From the IMG/VR virus record IMGVR_UViG_3300030333_006991: a stretch of DNA of 64,000 nt. The stretch is one strand, 5' to 3'. Origin of the DNA: an uncultured virus (IMG/VR IMGVR_UViG_3300030333_006991). Taxonomy: Duplodnaviria > Heunggongvirae > Uroviricota > Caudoviricetes. Position 1 is the stretch's first letter; each line of letters begins with the position of its first letter. Below the pieces are notes generated by a model that saw nothing but the letters and a program-made list of their open reading frames with translations, did not search any database and was not told the origin of the DNA. The translations under genes and the position numbers were made by a program. This document shows positions 17,080 to 26,867 of the stretch, in pieces.

Positions 17080-18543
17080 ATGGCTGTTCAAAAAAGAAGA
17101 CAAAAGGATTTCGGAGAAAACTTAGGTGGTCAAGACCTGAATCTATCTGACCGTGCCGCACCACTTCGCATCATTATCGGTGGCCCACCTCATTCAGGAA
17201 AGTCCACTTTGATGCACCTTTTAGAAAATAAATTCAACGAGTATCATGTTCCTGTGGAATTAGTGGATATGGATTTATCAGCCCCTACTGATTTACGAAG
17301 TAAAGAAGGATTTACCCGAACCCGTGATAAAAGAGATTGGACGCTTGATTTAGCAAGAGAGGCGCAACAAATGTTTGAAGATGCGGGAGGTTCAGAAGTT
17401 GTGCTTGGTGATTCCGTAGGATTGATTTCAAGCATCACGGAAATCCTTTCCCAACCTGCCGATGTAGCAATTTTAATTGCATCAGGGAATAAAGGTGATG
17501 ACCACAATGTTTATCGTAAGGTCATCAATAAGTGGAAAGATTTCTTTGGTGATTTACGCAAACCTCTTTTAGTGGTGGTTCGCTCTTCTATGAATCCTGA
17601 TGATATGTCTATGTTCGACCCTCACGACAACTATGGTGTTATCGTAGGGCTTGACCGTAAAGCCTTTGAAGATGGCTTAATCAATCCTCAAGACGCTTGT
17701 GTAGAAGGCATTGTTTTTGAAATTGCACAGGCTTTCGACCTCACTGTTTCCTCTTCACCGACTTCTGCACACTTGGAACGCATTCAAGATAAGTGGCCGA
17801 GTGTTAAAGACATTGATACATGGACACCTGAAAAGGCTCCAAATCTAACACCTGAAAAAAGACAACGCCTTTCAAAGATTGAAAAGGATTATTTCCGTGA
17901 ACGAGAAAATAAAGATTTCGTAGTCGGGGATGACTACCGTAATCGTCAAGCAGAATCATTCCATGCTGAAGTGCATGGATTTGGTGAAGAAGGATATTAT
18001 TCTGTTTACGAAATCATGGAGTTGATAAGCGATAACTACATCTACGCAGGTGTAACACCTATTGATTGGCGAGAGATTTTCACTGATTACGAGTTAGAAG
18101 AAATCCAAGATGAAGCCGATGATATGGGAGAAGACCTTGAAGAGTATCTTTATTCTCATTACACGACAAGAAGTTGGTTGATAGGGCAGGTTTTGGCTGC
18201 TTCTTCCCTACAAAGTATGCAACGAATATTCCGAGAATACAAATTACCATACCGAGTCGAAGGAGACAGAGAATTAGCAGACGGTAGTTACGAATACGAA
18301 TTAACTCTTTTGCCACAATTCAAATCTAAAACTTGGAACGCCCAAATGCTTGAGGCGAAAGGAAAGTTATGGCAAAAAGAAAAACCTAAAAGCAAAGGTC
18401 GTGGTTATTGGGAACAAAAAAGCAGAGCATCTATCCGAAAAGACCCTGATTTCATTAAAGCGCAACGCTATTTCTTAGGGGGTATAGGTATCGGTATTCT
18501 CAGTTTCCTCTACTCAAAGAATAAGCGGCAAGGTGAAGTTTAA
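17080..18543 (+). CDS. FxAE-linker protein with N-terminal P-loop NTPase (GGPPHSGKS type), acidic module, C-terminal TM
   Basis: IIIGGPPHSGKST; linker QAESFHAE; terminal FLGGIGIGILSFLY. Confidence 0.8.
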   Translation: MAVQKRRQKDFGENLGGQDLNLSDRAAPLRIIIGGPPHSGKSTLMHLLENKFNEYHVPVELVDMDLSAPTDLRSKEGFTRTRDKRDWTLDLAREAQQMFEDAGGSEVVLGDSVGLISSITEILSQPADVAILIASGNKGDDHNVYRKVINKWKDFFGDLRKPLLVVVRSSMNPDDMSMFDPHDNYGVIVGLDRKAFEDGLINPQDACVEGIVFEIAQAFDLTVSSSPTSAHLERIQDKWPSVKDIDTWTPEKAPNLTPEKRQRLSKIEKDYFRERENKDFVVGDDYRNRQAESFHAEVHGFGEEGYYSVYEIMELISDNYIYAGVTPIDWREIFTDYELEEIQDEADDMGEDLEEYLYSHYTTRSWLIGQVLAASSLQSMQRIFREYKLPYRVEGDRELADGSYEYELTLLPQFKSKTWNAQMLEAKGKLWQKEKPKSKGRGYWEQKSRASIRKDPDFIKAQRYFLGGIGIGILSFLYSKNKRQGEV

Positions 18544-19232
18544 TGTCGTCATATCCTGAGGCTCAACCCCGAAAAGATTACTACGAAGTCGTAAACATTT
18601 TCACTTTAGGAGATAAAAAAGTAGCCGAATTAACCAACGGAAAATTCATAGTCCTTACTCCTGAAGAATACCTACAAGCCCGTAAAGGTATTTTTCAACA
18701 CTACGCTTCGGAAAAACACCCTGAAGGTGGCTACACCTTAGACCAACTTTTAGATTCCATAGCAGGGTCACAAGGAAGAGAATCTTATAGCGATGCGATG
18801 GCTTACAATCACGGTTTAGCCGAAAACTTTGAAAGCGAGCATTCTTATAGTGTTGCTGCTGAATCTAACCGAGGTGTCGAACCTATGAGTAAAAACAATA
18901 TGATGATGAATGTTATGGTCTTGGGAGGTGCTGCTTTGGTAGGGTTCTATTTTGACCGTATCATGGGTATGTTCCGAGGCGGAAATGGAAATGGAAATGG
19001 AGAAGAATCCAATGCTGAATCTATGCAGAGTGCAGCAAATCAAGGATTCATGGAAGATTGGCAAGGTGGAAACTCAGGAAACCCTGCTGACGACCCACGC
19101 TTAGAGAGCAAGACCTTACAAGGTCCTGTTCAAGACGAGCCGCAAATCCGTTACGATTACCAACCGAACAAGGGGCCGAGTCCAACATTCCACGATTCCA
19201 AAACTCGCCAAACAGGATTCTTTGAATACTGA
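18543..19232 (+). CDS. membrane protein with AE linkers
   Basis: LAENFESE, AAES, NAES; internal TM. Confidence 0.75.
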   Translation: MSSYPEAQPRKDYYEVVNIFTLGDKKVAELTNGKFIVLTPEEYLQARKGIFQHYASEKHPEGGYTLDQLLDSIAGSQGRESYSDAMAYNHGLAENFESEHSYSVAAESNRGVEPMSKNNMMMNVMVLGGAALVGFYFDRIMGMFRGGNGNGNGEESNAESMQSAANQGFMEDWQGGNSGNPADDPRLESKTLQGPVQDEPQIRYDYQPNKGPSPTFHDSKTRQTGFFEY

Positions 19233-19241
19233 GGTGAGCCA

Positions 19242-19640
19242 ATGTCGGGTTGTGGATGTAATGGAGGTAGTGGAATGAAGAAATATGGAGCCGATGACGA
19301 CACCGAAGAAGTGGCTACTAATTCCAACACTATCTGTGATTCAAGTCCTCAAACTTACGCTCGTAATCAAAGAATGAATAAAAGCCTGATGGCAGGTGTT
19401 CTATTCACTGTTTTAGGAGGGGCGATTGCTCCTGCTCTTTCGCAAGGTGATGATTCATGGAAGAATCGTGGTCTTGTAGGGTTTGGAATCGGTTCTCTTG
19501 CAGTTATTGGAAATTACATGGTTATGGGAGGTTCCATTATGGATGCAGCCAAAACTGAGTATGATGAATTATGTCCCGCTTACACAGGTGGAGGACACAC
19601 AGGAGAAGAAGAGGTAGATAACGCTGATGTTCAGCCTTAG
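19242..19640 (+). CDS. two-TM membrane protein
   Basis: SD GAGGTGA; two hydrophobic helices. Confidence 0.75.
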   Translation: MSGCGCNGGSGMKKYGADDDTEEVATNSNTICDSSPQTYARNQRMNKSLMAGVLFTVLGGAIAPALSQGDDSWKNRGLVGFGIGSLAVIGNYMVMGGSIMDAAKTEYDELCPAYTGGGHTGEEEVDNADVQP

Positions 19641-19651
19641 GAGGAATAAAT

Positions 19652-19987
19652 ATGCCAATTAGTTACGACAAGGCTTACCCTCATGTAGAACCTTTTTATC
19701 AAGACACTGATAGGTCAGGCGGTGGCCGTTTATCCTATATTGAAAACAGTGATTACGCATGGAACGCTGAAGACGCTCCTGCGGAAAATCTTATGAGTCA
19801 CATGAGCCATTCGGCTTTGATTGGCGGGCTTAGTTTCGTGGCTATGAAAGCCTTCCGCCAAAATACCCAAACTGCATTTGTGCATTCTGCGCTTATTGGT
19901 GCAGGAGCATTCATTTACATGGGCCTCTTTGGACACGGGCTTCCTACTGAATTAAGAGGACCGTTTGTTCAAAGAGGTGACGAGTAA
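19652..19987 (+). CDS. two-TM membrane protein
   Basis: SD GGAGG; WNAE motif. Confidence 0.75.
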   Translation: MPISYDKAYPHVEPFYQDTDRSGGGRLSYIENSDYAWNAEDAPAENLMSHMSHSALIGGLSFVAMKAFRQNTQTAFVHSALIGAGAFIYMGLFGHGLPTELRGPFVQRGDE

Positions 19988-21369
19988 TGGGTTGGTATCG
20001 CATTTGGAGTCCCGACAGCCCTTACACTAAAGGGACACCTGCCGAGGGTGGAAAATACTACGAAGCATGGATGAGTGGTGATGCTGCGGGCGATTTAGTT
20101 ATGATGCTACGCTTAATCACAGGCGATAAATGGTATTCTAACGAAATGGGATATATGCGTGATAGTGATTATATCCCTCGTAGCGGCTACGATAAGAATA
20201 AAGGTAAAGATGGTAAGTGGATGGCAGCCGAAAATTGGGGTGGCGACCCTGATGGTAAATTAGCAAAGGCACTTGCTAAGGCGAGAGAGAAATCTAAGAA
20301 GCCACGAAAGCCTTTGAAGATTGAGCGATTAGATACTGAATCTTTCAATGCGTTAGATATGGATTTGGATAGAAGTGATTGTTGCGAATTATGGGTTGAA
20401 AAATTGTATGACGAAGGGCGAATTGGTTTCGGAGAAGCAAGCACCCTTTTAGTGAGTATTGAGGATGGAATCAAGTGTTCTTCACTTGGAAGTCCAACTT
20501 GCTCAAAGCATGATTCATCGGCAGAATATCTTCTGCTTGACCGTCTACACCCCTCTGAACCTTCTGAGAAAATAAGTGAGGATGAGTTTGATTATTTTTT
20601 CACTGAGGATGAGAATGGATTTGGCAACTTTTTCGACACTTTAGAAGAGGCTAAATCAAGCAAACCGCATAAGAAGAATAATCTACATACACCTTTTCAT
20701 GTGTATGGTAGGCATGATGGAGAGGATTGGCAATTGATTGAGGGTGATAGGTGGATTTTGGATGAAAGGTGGTGGAATAATCCATATCGTGCTGAAAACC
20801 GACCACCTTCCTATATGGCCGATTCCGATGCACACAAATTGATGGAAGCCTCATGGCGTATCAATTCTTTTGTGGAATCAGGAGAAGAATATCCTGAATG
20901 GTGGAAATCTCGACTTTCCGTGGCTGCTTCCAATGTTGATGATTTGGCTGATTATCTTGATTACGCTATGTCGGACGATTACGATGCAGAAACCTTCCAC
21001 GCTCACGGTTATTATCAAGTTTATCTGTATTACGGAGGAGAATACCCGAATGAAATCCGATACGCCCGAACATTTGCCGAGGCTCAGAGTATTGAAAATA
21101 CGAGTGGAGCAGAGTTTTCTGAAATTGTTAATCCACAAGGAAATGTGGTTGATTCGCAGACAGGCGAGGAATACCCTCCTCTCGTCTTCGATGCAGAATT
21201 CAATGCTAAAGAACGCAGTATTGCTAAAAAGTCGTGGGACACCTTAAACAATGTGGAAACTGCGGTTGGCACAATTGGATTAGCCCACATGATAGGTTTA
21301 GGGGCTCTTTTTGGTGGTGGTTTGGCCTTCTTGAAAGGCAGAAAGTCAAATAGTAAAACTGAGAAGTAA
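19987..21369 (+). CDS. FxAE-linker modular protein, C-terminal TM
   Basis: AAENWGG, TESFNA, YRAE, DAETFHA, FDAEFNA; helical module EEYPEWWKSRLSVAASNVDDLADYLDY. Confidence 0.8.
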   Translation: MGWYRIWSPDSPYTKGTPAEGGKYYEAWMSGDAAGDLVMMLRLITGDKWYSNEMGYMRDSDYIPRSGYDKNKGKDGKWMAAENWGGDPDGKLAKALAKAREKSKKPRKPLKIERLDTESFNALDMDLDRSDCCELWVEKLYDEGRIGFGEASTLLVSIEDGIKCSSLGSPTCSKHDSSAEYLLLDRLHPSEPSEKISEDEFDYFFTEDENGFGNFFDTLEEAKSSKPHKKNNLHTPFHVYGRHDGEDWQLIEGDRWILDERWWNNPYRAENRPPSYMADSDAHKLMEASWRINSFVESGEEYPEWWKSRLSVAASNVDDLADYLDYAMSDDYDAETFHAHGYYQVYLYYGGEYPNEIRYARTFAEAQSIENTSGAEFSEIVNPQGNVVDSQTGEEYPPLVFDAEFNAKERSIAKKSWDTLNNVETAVGTIGLAHMIGLGALFGGGLAFLKGRKSNSKTEK

Positions 21370-21389
21370 TCGTAAGGAGGGAAAAAAGT

Positions 21390-21848
21390 ATGGCTCATCT
21401 ACGCTCAACTCAAATTGACTACGAAGGTATGGGAGACAGAGTTTTCCAACAACAACAAGCCATTATGGAAGATTTGCGTGACCAAATCCCATCTATTGAA
21501 TACGACCCAAGCCGTTACGACCCAAGTAATGAGCAAGGTTCCGTTTTCGGAGGTGGAACAACCCATTACAGTAACGGCAATCGCCCTGCTATGGCGGTTA
21601 ATCAAGCGCAAATGGCAAACAACCCTTCAATGAACAGAACAGGAGCCGTTAGGTCTGTTTTTGATTTACACAGTAACGAAGCGACCTATGATAATATCCC
21701 GCTCAGTAGAAGAGTAAACTATTCCAACGCTTACAATACCCCTCTCAGAATGTCGCAACCTCCTGTGGATGCGGCCAATGCACAATATCAACCAAATGAA
21801 TTACTATTGGTGACGGACTCACGCACTAAAACTCGGAGTCCCTTTTAG
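21390..21848 (+). CDS. Gln/Asn-rich hypothetical protein
   Basis: ORF with GGAGG SD. Confidence 0.7.
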   Translation: MAHLRSTQIDYEGMGDRVFQQQQAIMEDLRDQIPSIEYDPSRYDPSNEQGSVFGGGTTHYSNGNRPAMAVNQAQMANNPSMNRTGAVRSVFDLHSNEATYDNIPLSRRVNYSNAYNTPLRMSQPPVDAANAQYQPNELLLVTDSRTKTRSPF

Positions 21849-21859
21849 GGGGGCTCATC

Positions 21860-24800
21860 GTGCCGTTCAAATCTAAAGAACAGGAAACTTATTTGCGAAT
21901 AAACGAGCCTGAAATCTACGAGCGTTGGAAAAAACGCTATGGGCTTTACAAAGGTGCGGAAACTTTTACGCCTGAATCCGAGTCGGAAGTTTACGATTTA
22001 ATGGACGCCTTTGAAGACGCAGGTTATGAAATACTTCTTGTTGGTGGTGTAGTCCGAGACACTCTTTTAGGACATCTTCCTTCTGATTACGATTTTTCCA
22101 CGAATGCAACTCCCGATGAGGTGGCTGAAGTTGTAGATTCTATGAGTGATTACAAGTATATTCGGGGAGCCGAAGGCGCACAGGCTAAAAGAGCCCTCAC
22201 TTCTTTAGTGTTGAGTCCAAGTGGCGAGGTTTTTGAAATCACGACTTATCGAGCCGAATTAGGTTACGAAGATGGCAACCGAGCGTTACCAATTGCTGTT
22301 CCTGCTGAAACCTTTGCTGAAGACGCTTCTCGTAGAGACATAACGATTAACTCAATGGGAATGGATAAATCAGGTGAGATTCACGACCCTATGAACGGTC
22401 TAAAAGATTTAGAGCAAGGAATTATCCGAGCCGTAGGGAATCCTGAAGATAGATTTACCGAAGACCCGTTGAGGATGATTCGGGCGATTCGTTATTCCGT
22501 CAGATTCGGATTTCCAATGGACGAGGCTACGGAACAAGCCATCATAGACAATGTAGACCTTGTAAACACCTTATCCTCTAAAAGGTTACGAACCGAAGTA
22601 GGCAAAGTTTTGTATTATCCTAACGGTTTCCGAAGATTGATGGAAACAGGTATTCTGCCTACCTTAATGCCTGAATTCCGTGAAATCGAGCAATACGAAC
22701 ATCAACGAGATTATCACCCTGAAGGAAACCTTTACAATCACTATGTTGCCGCCTTCGACACTTTTACGCAACAGCCCGCTCGCACAGAAATGGGTGCGTG
22801 GGGTTTACTATTCCATGATATTGCGAAACCTGCCACCGCAGAGTGGACAGGAGAGTATCACACTTTCAAAGGTCACGACAGCCGAGGAAGAGATTTAATT
22901 CTGAATCAATACAACAATAAAGCAGGGCCTTTTGAGTTTTCCAAGAAGGAATTACAAGCGTTGGCGTGGACGACAGAACATCATTTGAACAAGTTTTGGG
23001 ATATGAAAAAGCCTACAAAGGTAGCAGAAATGGCGAACAGCCCTCATTATCCTCTTTTACTTGAAGTGATTTACGGAGACAGCATGGGAGGCCATGATGA
23101 GAAATTGGCTAAAAGATTACAATTCATCGAAGAAACGAAAAACGAAGTAAACGCTCGCAAAGCCTTAGTCGGTGCAAGACCTGAAGGATTCGCTCTCCGT
23201 GTGTTTCAAGAGTTGGATATTCCGAAAGGTAGAGAGCGAGGAATCGTGATGGCTGAAATTGAAAGATTGGTAAGCACGGGTGAAGCGAGCGATTACGAGC
23301 AAGCATTGGAACAACTGAAAGGCAATCTAAGTGCAGAGTTTACACCATTTATCCCTATTACCGACATCACGATTCACAGCAAACAGTTTGACGAAGATGA
23401 AGGTAGAATGATAGACACTTACACTCCTGTTGAAGACCCTGATGCGAGGAAGGATTGGGTAGGTCGGGTGGTTTATGATAGGTTCCGAAGAAAGGGCGAG
23501 ATAGTGGATGAAGGTTACGGTTTGCAGAACGGGAGAGTTACGCATTTCCTTTACATCATCAAATTAGATGGAGTTGGATTTTTAGAAGTGGCGAACACGA
23601 TGAATTATTATCAGGCTTTTGATAAGTTTGACCCTTACGGTATTTTAATTCAAACGGGAGAGTCATGGGTTCCTCTAAGTGACGATACCACAACATCTTA
23701 TGGGAGTTTGGCTAAACATGAAGTAAAGTTTCCTATATGGGAAGGTGATGGTGGCCCTGATTTTAGTCGCCATAATTGGCAAGAGTGGACGGAGAAATCG
23801 CCTGATACAGTAGAAGAATGGGTCAGAGCGTATCATCAAGATACTCGGCCTGAGTGGGAATCTCATCTTTTGCTAAAAGAGAACCCTGAGGAATATGACC
23901 GAAGACGATTGATGGGTATGTATGGTCGAAGAGATTGTGATATTTGTGGTAATTCTATTGAAGAGGAGAAAATGTCGCAATTACGGATGGAAATGGGTAT
24001 GGATTCTGATATTTACTATGATGTGATTTGTGATACTTGTGCCGAGGCGGAAGGTAATGACGAGTGGACTTGGTTGTGGGACCACATAGAAGATGAATTA
24101 CGAGATGCGGAAAAAAGAGAGGCTGCGTTGGACGACATCCACGCTGCGGAAACTGTGATGACTAAACTCGACATTCCTACGGATGAAAGTTGGTGGATAG
24201 GGAAAGAAGTTAGAGATGTAAACGGCAGAGTAGGACACATTGTAAAGGATAATTGGGCTAAAATACAAGGTATGAAAGCCTCAGGTTTGTTGAATTGGAT
24301 TCCTGTTTCAGATAGTGCCACGGCAACGCATCGAGTGTGGACGATAGATATGGGTAGAGGTAAAGAAATTGAAGTTTCTAACGCTCTCACAGTGTTCGGC
24401 CAAAAACAACTTTTCGACCCTTATGGTATCATCTTTTACGATAGTCGAGATACCGCCCCAAAAGGTCTACGCAAGAGCAGAGAGGAGAAGTGGGTTCCTC
24501 TCAGCGCACACCCTAAGACGGCTTATGGTGTGGAATTGATAGGTTTTGATAAAACTCCTGCGTCTACTGCTCACACTTATACACCGCATAAAGGTTATCC
24601 TCTTGTTTCACCTGCGTTTAACGAGAAAAACATAAAACTCGATTTAGAAACTCGCAACAGAGTTTTCGGAGACAGACATATCATTAAGGATTCCGAGATG
24701 GAAAGATGGGGAGTGATAAAGAACGCCAATAAACACCCTTATTTTATGAGAATGTTGGATGAAATTGTTAGAGAGGAGTTTATCCAATCTATGTGGGCGG

Positions 24801-25330
24801 AGTGGGAAGAGTATTACGCTAATTACGGAAAGCCTTCCATCCACCCACAGCACCCCTACACGCCCCCTCCTTTAGCAACTTTGCACAAGGACTTTTTGAA
24901 CCACGAATTAAGCCCTTATGAGATTTGGGATAGTTATTGTGAATGGTTGGCCTATGACGAGTTTGGTGATGATTACATTCAGGACTATTATCGCACTCCT
25001 GCCGAGTTACAAGATTTGGATATTGATTTGTCTTTTTCTGATGTAGAGGAGGAGATACAAGATATTACTCAAAACTACTTCTCTCAGTATATCGAACCTA
25101 ATTACAAGGAATGGATGAAAGATATGTGGAATAGCGAAAACTCAAGTAGTCGGGCTGAATCTTTTAGGATGATGACTGAAAGGTTGCCTAATGAATCCGT
25201 CCAAGATTGGGCGAAGCGACAGCGAGCAGATGAAACTCTTCGGGTTCTAACGAGCAGCCTCTACACTATGGGCGTTATGGCATTTGGATTAGGATTGGGT
25301 TGGTATGTTTCAAAGAAGTATCTTGGGTGA
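21860..25330 (+). CDS. cca: FxAE-linker polyprotein containing a class II CCA-adding/poly(A) polymerase-family nucleotidyltransferase with HD-type domain, duplicated FDPYGI modules, C-terminal TM
   Basis: LVGGVVRD, DYDFSTNA, RRDITINSM, EDPLRMIRAIR, YHPEG, FHDIAKP, HTFKGHD; flanked by KGAETF and LSAEF. Confidence 0.85.
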   Translation: MPFKSKEQETYLRINEPEIYERWKKRYGLYKGAETFTPESESEVYDLMDAFEDAGYEILLVGGVVRDTLLGHLPSDYDFSTNATPDEVAEVVDSMSDYKYIRGAEGAQAKRALTSLVLSPSGEVFEITTYRAELGYEDGNRALPIAVPAETFAEDASRRDITINSMGMDKSGEIHDPMNGLKDLEQGIIRAVGNPEDRFTEDPLRMIRAIRYSVRFGFPMDEATEQAIIDNVDLVNTLSSKRLRTEVGKVLYYPNGFRRLMETGILPTLMPEFREIEQYEHQRDYHPEGNLYNHYVAAFDTFTQQPARTEMGAWGLLFHDIAKPATAEWTGEYHTFKGHDSRGRDLILNQYNNKAGPFEFSKKELQALAWTTEHHLNKFWDMKKPTKVAEMANSPHYPLLLEVIYGDSMGGHDEKLAKRLQFIEETKNEVNARKALVGARPEGFALRVFQELDIPKGRERGIVMAEIERLVSTGEASDYEQALEQLKGNLSAEFTPFIPITDITIHSKQFDEDEGRMIDTYTPVEDPDARKDWVGRVVYDRFRRKGEIVDEGYGLQNGRVTHFLYIIKLDGVGFLEVANTMNYYQAFDKFDPYGILIQTGESWVPLSDDTTTSYGSLAKHEVKFPIWEGDGGPDFSRHNWQEWTEKSPDTVEEWVRAYHQDTRPEWESHLLLKENPEEYDRRRLMGMYGRRDCDICGNSIEEEKMSQLRMEMGMDSDIYYDVICDTCAEAEGNDEWTWLWDHIEDELRDAEKREAALDDIHAAETVMTKLDIPTDESWWIGKEVRDVNGRVGHIVKDNWAKIQGMKASGLLNWIPVSDSATATHRVWTIDMGRGKEIEVSNALTVFGQKQLFDPYGIIFYDSRDTAPKGLRKSREEKWVPLSAHPKTAYGVELIGFDKTPASTAHTYTPHKGYPLVSPAFNEKNIKLDLETRNRVFGDRHIIKDSEMERWGVIKNANKHPYFMRMLDEIVREEFIQSMWAEWEEYYANYGKPSIHPQHPYTPPPLATLHKDFLNHELSPYEIWDSYCEWLAYDEFGDDYIQDYYRTPAELQDLDIDLSFSDVEEEIQDITQNYFSQYIEPNYKEWMKDMWNSENSSSRAESFRMMTERLPNESVQDWAKRQRADETLRVLTSSLYTMGVMAFGLGLGWYVSKKYLG

Positions 25331-25334
25331 TTTC

Positions 25335-25751
25335 ATGGGGTATTTTGATTTAGACAAATATCTTCCGCTAAAAGAAGAAGACCGACCTGAAGGCGTAATC
25401 ACATTAGAAGGTGTGGAATCTTACGAAGAGTTTGCTGAGAAAGAAGTGACGAAACATCATCAACATGGTGCAGTAAGTCCTTTGATGTCTGTTCTTGGAA
25501 GAGGTGGGGCTACCGCTCAAAATATGTTGATGGCTTCAGAAACTTTTAGCATGGAATCCTATATGGTTCCTGAATACGCTGTTAGGGAAAATTACGGTCA
25601 AACCTTTACTCCGAATATCGAACCCAATTGGATGATACGAGAACAATTGACGGAATTACGAGATGCGTTCCCTGATACCAAACTAAATATTCCGAAAAAG
25701 AAACTAATTGGAGCCTCTTCACTCCTCTCATTATCTCCCTTCGGAGTTTAA
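25335..25751 (+). CDS. hypothetical protein with ASETFSME linker
   Basis: SD GGTGA before ATG 25335. Confidence 0.7.
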   Translation: MGYFDLDKYLPLKEEDRPEGVITLEGVESYEEFAEKEVTKHHQHGAVSPLMSVLGRGGATAQNMLMASETFSMESYMVPEYAVRENYGQTFTPNIEPNWMIREQLTELRDAFPDTKLNIPKKKLIGASSLLSLSPFGV

Positions 25752-25762
25752 TTCTTATGCGA

Positions 25763-25776
25763 GCATTCTTATAGTC
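25763..25776 (+). promoter_or_regulatory. GCATTCTTATAGTC promoter motif
   Basis: 26 nt before ATG 25802. Confidence 0.8.
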
Positions 25777-25801
25777 CTTCGGTTCAATAATAGTGATTGC
25801 T

Positions 25802-26824
25802 ATGGCTAACAATGGTTTAGAAATGTTCAATGCTATCGCTTTATTCACCGTAGGACTTGTCGGAGGCCATGCGGTCATTTCAATGATGACGAATAATAAA
25901 GAGGAAATGGCGACAGAGGAGCAACCCAATCCTACGGATGCAGAAAGTATGATGTATGAAGACACAGAAGCCAAAGTAATCATACCGTATTCACTTTACG
26001 AAGGTGGACAAGGTGCGCTATACAGAGATTATGTTTGGGAAGGTCAAGACCACTTCCCGTTTGATGGTGAAATGTATTCACGACCTGCTCTTACAACTTT
26101 AATGTATGATTCTGCCTTCGGGTCGAGTCCTTCCCGCACTATTGATTTGCCTTATCGTATTCACGAAAATGAGCCGATAATGACTGATACTCTCACTGTT
26201 GCAGGTTCCTACGCTATGGGCTCTCCAACTACATTGGAACACTATGGCTCGGAATCTTTTGCAGCGAATGGGGCTGATGAATGTCCACAAGGAATGAAGT
26301 GGGATGCAAGTCGGAAGATTTGCGTTCCGCCCGAACAACCTATGCACGATTATGGGGCTGAAACTTTTAGAAGTCAAGCAACACCTCAAATGCAACTTGG
26401 AGACAAGATTGAAGGAAGTCAGAACGCCTTGAATGAGGTTAGCACTTCAGCATGGGTAGGAGATAATTGGAAAAAGGTAGGTTATCATCCTGAAGCAGCA
26501 AATTATCCACTTATACGCCCACGCACTAACAATCCTGTGGTTTCAGATATGATTGATGAGGTTTCCTCTATTCGGATGCCTCCTGCACAACATCTGAGTG
26601 TAGGTAGAGACAGCATCAGAATGTATGACCCATACACTTTCATGGAAGAAAATCCAAATGTGAATGTTCAATATCGTCCTACCGACACGGAATTCGGAGA
26701 AGGAGCAGAAACAAAGACAAGTCGAGAGTGGCAGACCTCTAATACAGTTTTCGATTACAGTGACCAACAAATAGAAACACAAAGTAAGTTTGGCGGTTTC
26801 CGCCAACGCCTGAGGAGAGTGTAA
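25802..26824 (+). CDS. N-terminal TM protein with FxAE linkers and a small Cys module
   Basis: YGSESFAA, YGAETFRS; CPQGMKWDASRKICV. Confidence 0.75.
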   Translation: MANNGLEMFNAIALFTVGLVGGHAVISMMTNNKEEMATEEQPNPTDAESMMYEDTEAKVIIPYSLYEGGQGALYRDYVWEGQDHFPFDGEMYSRPALTTLMYDSAFGSSPSRTIDLPYRIHENEPIMTDTLTVAGSYAMGSPTTLEHYGSESFAANGADECPQGMKWDASRKICVPPEQPMHDYGAETFRSQATPQMQLGDKIEGSQNALNEVSTSAWVGDNWKKVGYHPEAANYPLIRPRTNNPVVSDMIDEVSSIRMPPAQHLSVGRDSIRMYDPYTFMEENPNVNVQYRPTDTEFGEGAETKTSREWQTSNTVFDYSDQQIETQSKFGGFRQRLRRV

Positions 26825-26827
26825 ATC

Positions 26828-26837
26828 TTCTTATAGT
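26828..26837 (+). promoter_or_regulatory. TTCTTATAGT promoter motif
   Basis: About 30 nt before ATG 26868. Confidence 0.75.
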
Positions 26838-26867
26838 TGAGAGGACAAAGAAAGGTAGGTGCAAAAT

